From the NCBI GenBank assembly GCA_029976025.1, contig JARKNX010000025.1:184-64183 (forward strand): DNA of 64,000 bases. Reading direction: 5' to 3'. A model generated the notes under the pieces. The model was not told where the DNA came from and ran no database searches. It worked only from the letters and a program-made list of their open reading frames with translations. A program made the translations under genes and the position numbers. This document shows, piece by piece, positions 37,199 to 43,474 of this stretch (positions within the stretch are counted from its first letter, which is position 1; every line of letters starts with the position of its first letter). This DNA comes from Aggregatilineales bacterium (GTDB lineage: Bacteria; Chloroflexota; Anaerolineae; Aggregatilineales; Ch27).

Positions 37199-38875
37199 AT
37201 GGCAGATAAACAGCGCACGGCAATAATCTTCGCGTGCTGGGCTGCGCTGACCGTCGGAATGGCCGTGCTGGCCGCGCCGCCCGGCGCATCGCATGCGCAG
37301 CCATCCGCCGCCGTCTCCGGCACGGTCAGCGACGCAAACGGGCCGGTGGCCGGGGCGACGGTGCGCGTTCAGGGCACGCTCAACGCCACCCTGACCGATG
37401 AGGAGGGGCATTTCACACTCGCCGGACTGCCAGAGGGGATTGCTGTCACAATCAGCGCCTGGGCGGATAGCTACTACTGCGCCAAAGCGGAGGAGATCAT
37501 CCCGCCTGATGACGCCGTGACCCTCACACTGGTGCGCTACCAGACAGGCGACAACCCCGCCTATGAATGGGTTTCGCCAGTTGGCGATGACGGCTGCGCG
37601 AGCTGCAAGCCGGGCCTGACTCAAATATGGCTGGAGAATGATGCCCACGCCGGGTCCAGCGCCAACCCGCGCTTCCTGACCATGTACAACGGCACGGACA
37701 TACACGGCAATCGAAGCCCGCTGACGCTCTACGGGTACACCGCGGAAGACGGCCGCTTTCCACTGCCGCCCGATCTGTCGCAGCCCTATTACGGCCCGGG
37801 CTACCTGCTGGACTGGCCGCGGACGCGGGGCAACTGCGGCAACTGTCACACACCCGGCGCGGCGCTCGATGGCCCCTCCTACGGCACAGACCCCAATACT
37901 GTGAGCGGCGCTGATGAGTACGGCGTGCACTGCGACTTCTGCCACAAAGTGGCCGACGTTTATCTCGACCCGCGGACCGGCCTGCCTTATCCGGATCGGC
38001 CCGGCGTGCTCTCCATGGACGTCCGGCGCCCCTTCCCCGATGACCCGGACCGTTACCAGTTATTCTTCGGCACTTTCGATGACGACAACGTGCCGGAAGA
38101 GGACACGTACCTGCCGCTGATGTCGGAAAGCCAGTTCTGCGCGCCGTGCCATTACGGCGTATTCTTCAATACCGTCGTTTACAACTCCTTCGGCGAATGG
38201 CTGGGCAGCCCCTATGCCGACCCCGAAGCCGGCCAAACCTGCCAGGACTGCCACATGCCGGCCCCGTCGGTGGTCGATGGCGCGGTCATGACCAACATCG
38301 CCCCGGACGCGGGCGGCATCGAGCGCGACCCTATGACCATCCACGCCCATACCAACCCCGGCGCGGCCAGCGAAGCGCTGCTGCGCGACACGGCGGAGCT
38401 GTCCCTCGCCGCAGCCCGCCAGGGCGACCGGATCGAAGTGACGGTCGCCGTCACCAATACCGGAGCCGGACATCACATCCCGACCGATTCGCCGTTGCGG
38501 CAGATTTTCGCCATCGTCACGCTCACCGATGGCGCGGGTAACCTTCTGCCGCTGGAAGCCGGGCCGATCCTGCCGGACTGGGCGGGCGATCTGGCGGGGG
38601 CGCCGGGCGTGTACTTCGCCCGCATCCTGCAAGAGACCCGGACAGGCATCGCGCCGACCGGTTCCTACTGGAGCCCGACGCGCGTCCTGGAGGATACGCG
38701 GCTGCCGACGCTGGCCACCGCATCGTCGCGGTACACTTTCGCCGCAGCGGATGCCGGTCCGGTCACCGTGGAAGCGCGCCTGCTCTTCCGCCGGGCGTTC
38801 TACGAATTGATGCAGCAGAAAGGCTGGGATGTCCCCGATATCCTGATGGCGAGCGAGACGGTCACTGTGCCGTGA
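37199..38875 (+). CDS. Secreted multihaem c-type cytochrome with N-terminal CarboxypepD_reg-like domain
   Basis: 558 aa with a signal peptide. VSGTVSDANGPVAGATVRVQGTLNATLTDEEGHFTLAGL. Four CXXCH motifs: CGNCH at 37835-37849, CDFCH at 37931-37945, CAPCH at 38138-38152 and CQDCH at 38240-38254. One CXXCK (CASCK, 37595-37609). Confidence 0.8.
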   Translation: MADKQRTAIIFACWAALTVGMAVLAAPPGASHAQPSAAVSGTVSDANGPVAGATVRVQGTLNATLTDEEGHFTLAGLPEGIAVTISAWADSYYCAKAEEIIPPDDAVTLTLVRYQTGDNPAYEWVSPVGDDGCASCKPGLTQIWLENDAHAGSSANPRFLTMYNGTDIHGNRSPLTLYGYTAEDGRFPLPPDLSQPYYGPGYLLDWPRTRGNCGNCHTPGAALDGPSYGTDPNTVSGADEYGVHCDFCHKVADVYLDPRTGLPYPDRPGVLSMDVRRPFPDDPDRYQLFFGTFDDDNVPEEDTYLPLMSESQFCAPCHYGVFFNTVVYNSFGEWLGSPYADPEAGQTCQDCHMPAPSVVDGAVMTNIAPDAGGIERDPMTIHAHTNPGAASEALLRDTAELSLAAARQGDRIEVTVAVTNTGAGHHIPTDSPLRQIFAIVTLTDGAGNLLPLEAGPILPDWAGDLAGAPGVYFARILQETRTGIAPTGSYWSPTRVLEDTRLPTLATASSRYTFAAADAGPVTVEARLLFRRAFYELMQQKGWDVPDILMASETVTVP

Positions 38876-38936
38876 TCGGCCCGCACATCTGAATACATGC
38901 CTGTACATCTGATTCTTCTGTGCCACGACGGGTTCA

Positions 38937-38970
38937 GGCCGCACCGAACGCGCAGCAGATCGGCGCGGCC
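38937..38970. terminator. Stem-loop between convergent genes
   Basis: GGCCGCACCGA pairs with TCGGCGCGGCC, giving an 11-bp stem with one mismatch. Confidence 0.4.
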
Positions 38971-38985
38971 CCGGTGATAGCGGCA

Positions 38986-40062
38986 CTACCCGGCGTAGAA
39001 TCCGTATTCCTGCGCGGTCTCGTACAGCGCCAGGACATTCTCCACCGGCGTCTCGGCCAGGACGTAATCATGGCTGGGGCAGGCCACATAGCCGCCGCCC
39101 GGCATCATCAGATCGAGGATGCGGCGCGTCTCGGCCCGGGCCGCCTCCGGCGTGCCGTCGATGAGCAGCCGGGTATCGATACAGCCCATCAGCAGCAGAT
39201 CGCCCCCGAACCGCCGCTTGAGCGACGCCGGCTCCATATCGCGACAGCTCGGCTGGAGCGCCTGCAGGCCGTCCAGGCCGGCCTCGATCATGGCCGGGAT
39301 GAGCGGGGCGAAGCCGCCGCAGCAGTGCAGCAGCACGCGCAGGCCGTAGCTATGCCCCAGATCGATCAGGCGCTTGAGATGGGGCAGCACAAACCGGCGG
39401 AACTGCGCCTCGCCGATCAGCGGGCCATTAGTGGAGCCGAAGTCGTTGCCGATGAAGAAGATATCGATCAGGTCGGCGGCTTCGTCGAAGATACGCTGGC
39501 TGACGCCGGCGTAATAATCGACCAGATGCTCCAGCACGGCGTCCACCAGCGCCGGGACGTCGAACATCTTGAACATCAGGTTTTCCATGCCCAGCAGGTC
39601 GATGGCGTCATGCCAGAAGGGCGACCAGTCCCCGCCAAGGATGGCGTACTGCCCGCCATACTGTTCCGCCTCAGCCCGAATCTGGCTGACATCCATCCAG
39701 GCCGGGTCGGGCCAGGGGTAGGCTTCTACCTCGGCAACCGTCGTCGCGCCGATCAGCGGGTGCGACACCGGCTGCCCCCCTTCGTAGCCGTGTCGCAGGA
39801 TGCCGAACGGCGAACGAAAAGTTATGCCGGGGGGCAGGTTAGCGTACGGCGCGTATTCCTCCGGCCCGGCATAGACCGCCAGCACCCGCCGGAAGTCATC
39901 CCCCACCAGGCGCGACAGCGCCTCATCATCAGCCAGGCCTAACTGCCGCCGGGCGATCTCCCGGAAGGCCGGAGAAGCCCCCAGCCAGAGGGGGACGTGA
40001 TCCGGCTCCACATGGTTGAACGCCGCCAGCACCCGTTCTCGCGAGGTCATCCGCCTGTCCAC
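38986..40062 (-). CDS. Uroporphyrinogen-decarboxylase (URO-D/MtaA-like) family protein
   Basis: 358 aa. GTG start at 40062 preceded by GAAGGAGG. MTSRERVLAAFNHVEPDHVPLW and LHCCGGFAPLIPAMIEAGLDGLQ are typical of the URO-D fold family. The function in this context is unknown. Confidence 0.8.
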   Translation of the reverse strand: MDRRMTSRERVLAAFNHVEPDHVPLWLGASPAFREIARRQLGLADDEALSRLVGDDFRRVLAVYAGPEEYAPYANLPPGITFRSPFGILRHGYEGGQPVSHPLIGATTVAEVEAYPWPDPAWMDVSQIRAEAEQYGGQYAILGGDWSPFWHDAIDLLGMENLMFKMFDVPALVDAVLEHLVDYYAGVSQRIFDEAADLIDIFFIGNDFGSTNGPLIGEAQFRRFVLPHLKRLIDLGHSYGLRVLLHCCGGFAPLIPAMIEAGLDGLQALQPSCRDMEPASLKRRFGGDLLLMGCIDTRLLIDGTPEAARAETRRILDLMMPGGGYVACPSHDYVLAETPVENVLALYETAQEYGFYAG

Positions 40063-40159
40063 CGCCCACCTCCTTCGATCGCTGCTTTCTGTGTGTACTT
40101 TGACGTCAACACTCTATAATGGGGAGGACTGCCGCCTCAGCCTTCGTCAGGAGAGACGC

Positions 40160-40582
40160 ATGAACCTCTACTTCGCCGCATCCATCCGGGCCGGCCGGGA
40201 GCTTCAGCCGGTCTACACCGCTCTTGTCCGGCACCTGGTACAGGGCGGACACACCGTGCTAACCGAACACGTCGCCTCGCAAAACGTCGAAGCCGACGAA
40301 GGCGACATGACCGACCAGGAAATCTACACCCAGGATGTTGCCTTCCTGGATCGGAGCGATGCCGTCGTCGCCGAGGTGACTGTGCCCTCGCTGGGCGTCG
40401 GATACGAGATCGCCTACGCCCTGCATGTGCGACGCGCCCCGGTGCTGTGTCTGTGCCGGGCCGGCACACCCCTTTCGGCCATGCTGACCGGCAACACACA
40501 TCCCGGGCTGACGCTCGCCTTCTACCAGGATACCGCCGGCGCCCTGGCTGCGGTGGATCGGTTTACGCGCTCCCTGAGCTGA
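40160..40582 (+). CDS. DNPH1/RCL-like 2-deoxynucleoside 5-phosphate N-hydrolase (nucleoside 2-deoxyribosyltransferase fold)
   Basis: ORF 40016-40582. ATG 40160 follows AGGAGAGA. MNLYFAASIRAGRE...VLTEHVA...VVAEVTVPSLGVGYEIAYAL matches the DNPH1 hallmark motifs SIRGGRE, VLTEHVA and PSLGVGYE, recalled from the mammalian enzyme. Confidence 0.85.
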   Translation: MNLYFAASIRAGRELQPVYTALVRHLVQGGHTVLTEHVASQNVEADEGDMTDQEIYTQDVAFLDRSDAVVAEVTVPSLGVGYEIAYALHVRRAPVLCLCRAGTPLSAMLTGNTHPGLTLAFYQDTAGALAAVDRFTRSLS

Positions 40583-40635
40583 TCACACCAGGGAGCGATC
40601 CTTCAGCCCGGCGAAGGCGGCGTCACTCCGCAACA

Positions 40636-40680
40636 GGCAAGGGCTTTGTCCGTTCGAATAAAGGGCTTAAGCCCCTTGCC
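40636..40680. terminator. Bidirectional terminator between convergent genes
   Basis: GGCAAGGGC...GCCCCTTGCC forms the outer stem. The inner hairpin is AAGGGC-TTAA-GCCCCTT. Confidence 0.5.
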
Positions 40681-40724
40681 TCCTGTCCGTGCCAGCCCCC
40701 TGTCTACCCGACATGGGCGCGGCG

Positions 40725-41945
40725 CTAGAACTCGCCCTGGGCCATCTTCTTCTGCATTTTGACCGGAGTGTTTTCCAGCAACCACGCCTCGGTGCGCGCC
40801 CTGATCTCCTCCGGTGTCTCCTGGTAGCCATACGTCTCCAGCAGCACCGGCGTCCACTTTTTGCCCCAGCGAATATGAAAATTCTCGTCGCTCCAGTCAT
40901 AGCTGACGGCGGCGGCGGAAATCTCGTCGTCGATCTGCTCCCAGTGCTCGCGGTTGGCCGCTTTCTCCGGCATGCCGTTCGGCTCGATGACAGTCGTCAG
41001 CAAAGCATACTGATCCACGGCGGGCAGGGTCATCATGACGTTGTAAATCTGGACGACCTGCGGCACGTCAGAAGGCTGGAGGCCGAGCTGCTCCACGCGG
41101 GTCTGACCAAGCTGGCTGTGGCGGATTTCGTCCCACTGATGGCGGGCCACATTGTGCTGGTACTCCCACGGCATCTCCGGCGTCATCCACAGGATGGAAG
41201 CCAGCGTCTCGGCGGCCGTCATCTCGTTGAGGTAGTGCTTGAAGCGCCACAGGCGGTACGCTTCCGGCTCACGCTCGCGGTCGGGCTGAATATCCTCATC
41301 CGGGTTGAAGATCGGCCAGCCGGGCATCCGCTGGCATTCCTTCCACGGCAGCAGCAGCGGGTGGCCTTCCGGACGGGCGGGTGCTTCCTCAGGCGGCGCT
41401 GTCCCGGTGACGCCGCCGTCCGCGGCCAGCAAGCCGGCGATATAGTCCCGCCACGCTTCCCAGCCCGGATAGCGCCCGGATACCTCCGGGAAGAATCCCT
41501 GCGCCCAGGCTACCTGCTTTTCCGTCAGGTCCAGCAGGCGCTCGCGGATGATCTTGACGGTGGGGTTATCGAAATCTTCCCATGTCCTTGTCGCGTGGGC
41601 GCGGTAGGCCTCCAGCAGGGCGGACTTGACGACCAGGTAGACGGTGGCGAGCACCTCGGCGGTATTCTGGGCGTAGTCAAGCTCCTGAATCAGCCGGCTC
41701 AGCCCCGGGCTGGCGTCGCGGTCAGGGTGGTAGGCGCGCAACTCGCGCAGGCGTCCGCGCAGAGCGTCAGAAGCATCGGCGCTCTCCCAGATGTGAAGCC
41801 CGATCAGGTTCTTGGCCTCCCATTCCGGTACGCCGGGCAGCCAGCCGGCCAGCGTGCGCATACAGGCGCGTTCGAGCACAGCATACCGCTTGAGGAGGGC
41901 GGTATTCTGTTCCAGTGTGAGGCGGGAGGCGGTCTTTCTGCTCAT
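40725..41945 (-). CDS. Ferritin-like diiron-carboxylate superfamily protein (function unknown)
   Basis: 406 aa with AGGAGA RBS. The C-terminal half carries E-x26-ExxH (MTAAE...WDEIRH) and E-x32-ExxH (IEP...DENFH) spacing, typical of diiron four-helix bundles. The overlapping plus-strand ORF 40689-41975 is Arg/Gly-rich and is rejected. Confidence 0.65.
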   Translation of the reverse strand: MSRKTASRLTLEQNTALLKRYAVLERACMRTLAGWLPGVPEWEAKNLIGLHIWESADASDALRGRLRELRAYHPDRDASPGLSRLIQELDYAQNTAEVLATVYLVVKSALLEAYRAHATRTWEDFDNPTVKIIRERLLDLTEKQVAWAQGFFPEVSGRYPGWEAWRDYIAGLLAADGGVTGTAPPEEAPARPEGHPLLLPWKECQRMPGWPIFNPDEDIQPDREREPEAYRLWRFKHYLNEMTAAETLASILWMTPEMPWEYQHNVARHQWDEIRHSQLGQTRVEQLGLQPSDVPQVVQIYNVMMTLPAVDQYALLTTVIEPNGMPEKAANREHWEQIDDEISAAAVSYDWSDENFHIRWGKKWTPVLLETYGYQETPEEIRARTEAWLLENTPVKMQKKMAQGEF

Positions 41946-41976
41946 CGGTTATCTCCTGCTAAAATGCTATTCTAAA

Positions 41977-41986
41977 GGTATAGACA
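41977..41986. promoter_or_regulatory. Operator-like box GGTATAGACA (reverse complement TGTCTATACC)
   Basis: Matches TGTATAGACA at 9/10. Lies downstream of the predicted minus-strand promoter and 32 nt upstream of the ferritin-like gene start. Confidence 0.55.
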
Positions 41987-42007
41987 ATTAACGGAATGAT
42001 CACAACA

Positions 42008-42036
42008 ACTGTAGCATATCTGACAATATCTATCAA
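42008..42036 (-). promoter_or_regulatory. Candidate promoter of the ferritin-like gene
   Basis: On the minus strand: TTGATA (42031-42036), a 17-nt spacer, then TACAGT (42008-42013). Confidence 0.45.
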
Positions 42037-42080
42037 CTTATTCTAATGTGAAGCCGCCCATCTGATTTTTAGATTGGACG

Positions 42081-42110
42081 TTGACGAAAGCAGGCAACCT
42101 GGCCCATAAT
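42081..42110 (+). promoter_or_regulatory. Sigma70-like promoter of the URO-D/GH38/ABC operon
   Basis: TTGACG (42081-42086), an 18-nt spacer, then CATAAT (42105-42110). Confidence 0.55.
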
Positions 42111-42115
42111 GAGAA

Positions 42116-42125
42116 TGTCTATACA
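42116..42125. promoter_or_regulatory. Operator box TGTCTATACA (within near-palindrome AATGTCTATACATT)
   Basis: Exact 10-mer located 5 nt downstream of the -10, covering the predicted transcription start. The 14-mer is palindromic at 6 of 7 pairs. Confidence 0.65.
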
Positions 42126-42147
42126 TTTTATGACGCTTCCTTCAGTT

Positions 42148-42158
42148 TGTCTATAACA
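42148..42158. promoter_or_regulatory. Operator-like box TGTCTATAACA
   Basis: A variant with one inserted A, located in the leader of the same operon. Confidence 0.4.
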
Positions 42159-42218
42159 GGGGTGGCGATCACAATAGCAGTCCTGGATCCGGTTTCTGCC
42201 TGACCAGTGGAGCGCCGT

Positions 42219-43373
42219 ATGCCTGACCTGATCGAGATCGCAGTATCAGTGGAAGAACTCGCCGCGCGGGAGGAGCGAGTCGCCAGAACCAAGCGCTTCG
42301 AAGAACCCGATCGCGTCCCCGTCATCCCGGCCATCGCCCACCGCTTCCTGGTTCCCCAGGTCGGGGTTCGCCTCCACGACTACTATGCCGACCCGGAAAC
42401 CATGCTGCGCACCCAGATCCTCGCCCAGAAGTGGCTGATGGAGAACATCCGCACCGACGCCCACAGCATCACCGGGGCCTGGGTCGGCGCGTGGACCGAC
42501 TTTCAGAATACCTTCGAGTCCGGCAGCCTGGGCTGCCGGGTTGTCTTCCCGGAAGACGACATCCCCTGGGTGAGCGAAATAGGATGGGTCAAAACGGATG
42601 AAGACCTGGCCCGGCTGGAGGCGATGGATTTCGTGAATGGCGAGATCAACGCCCGGCAGGTCGCCTACCGGCGAGCTATGATGCGCGTGGCCGAAAAATA
42701 CCCCGTGCGCTTCCTGGGCGGCGAAGTCTTTTACCCGGGCGCTAATCCCAATCTCACCCACACTTCCGACGGCGCCTTCGGCATCGCCGGCGATCTGATG
42801 GGCCAGACGGAGCTGTTCCTGGCCTGTTACGAGCGTCCGGACTTCGTGCGCGAGCTGCTGCGTATCATCACCGATAAGCTGATCGCCTACCTCGATTTCT
42901 GCTGGGAGGAGGAACAGCTCCCCCACCGGGATTTCGCCTGGACCGACGATCTGGCCGTCAATCTCTCCGCTGACATGTACCGCGATCTGGTCCTGGCGGA
43001 AGAAAAACGGCTCCGCTTTCATTTCGACGGCTGGCTATCCCTGCATATGTGCGGCAAGGCCGACCACCTGCTGGAAATCTTCCGCGACGACCTGCGCATT
43101 TGCGAGCTGCAGGGGTTTGGCTACCAGGTCGATCTGGATCACATCGCCGCCGTCATGGGCGGGAAGGTCGTCCTGATTGGGAATATTGATCCGATGCTGA
43201 TCTATAGAGGCACGCCGGAGCAGGTCCGCGAAGCCACGCGGATCGCCATCGAGAAGCTGGCCCCTTACCGGGGCTACATCGTCCAGGACGGCAGCAACAT
43301 CCCGCCGGGGACGCCGGTGGAAAATATCAATGCGCTGACAGAGGCCGCAGAGCTTTACGGCCGCTACCGGTGA
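42219..43373 (+). CDS. Uroporphyrinogen-decarboxylase (URO-D/MtaA-like) family protein, second copy
   Basis: ORF from 42207. ATG 42219 lies 6 nt after GGAG. Motifs RFEEPDRVPVIPAI, LSLHMCGKADHLLEIF and GYIVQDGSNIPPGTPVENI. Confidence 0.8.
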   Translation: MPDLIEIAVSVEELAAREERVARTKRFEEPDRVPVIPAIAHRFLVPQVGVRLHDYYADPETMLRTQILAQKWLMENIRTDAHSITGAWVGAWTDFQNTFESGSLGCRVVFPEDDIPWVSEIGWVKTDEDLARLEAMDFVNGEINARQVAYRRAMMRVAEKYPVRFLGGEVFYPGANPNLTHTSDGAFGIAGDLMGQTELFLACYERPDFVRELLRIITDKLIAYLDFCWEEEQLPHRDFAWTDDLAVNLSADMYRDLVLAEEKRLRFHFDGWLSLHMCGKADHLLEIFRDDLRICELQGFGYQVDLDHIAAVMGGKVVLIGNIDPMLIYRGTPEQVREATRIAIEKLAPYRGYIVQDGSNIPPGTPVENINALTEAAELYGRYR

Positions 43374-43474
43374 TGGGCACTGCGCCCTGACCCGCTGCAA
43401 GACATCACCTGGCCCCGCCTGCCTTGAGGCTCGCCACGTCGCTGGCCTCACCTGAACAGGGAGGAAAAACCGTT

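Noticed and set aside
36599-37945. 448-aa minus-strand ORF spanning the phosphatase and cytochrome genes
   Set aside because: It crosses an intergenic hairpin and two well-supported plus-strand genes (HCxxGxxRS and CXXCH motifs). Its composition is typical of antisense GC-rich frames.
40689-41975. 428-aa plus-strand ORF overlapping the ferritin-like gene
   Set aside because: The translation is rich in Arg, Gly, Leu and Ala (for example RLGARPDLLRCLLVAIRLQQHRRP) and has no RBS. The minus-strand frame has a good RBS (AGGAGA), balanced composition and ExxH motifs.
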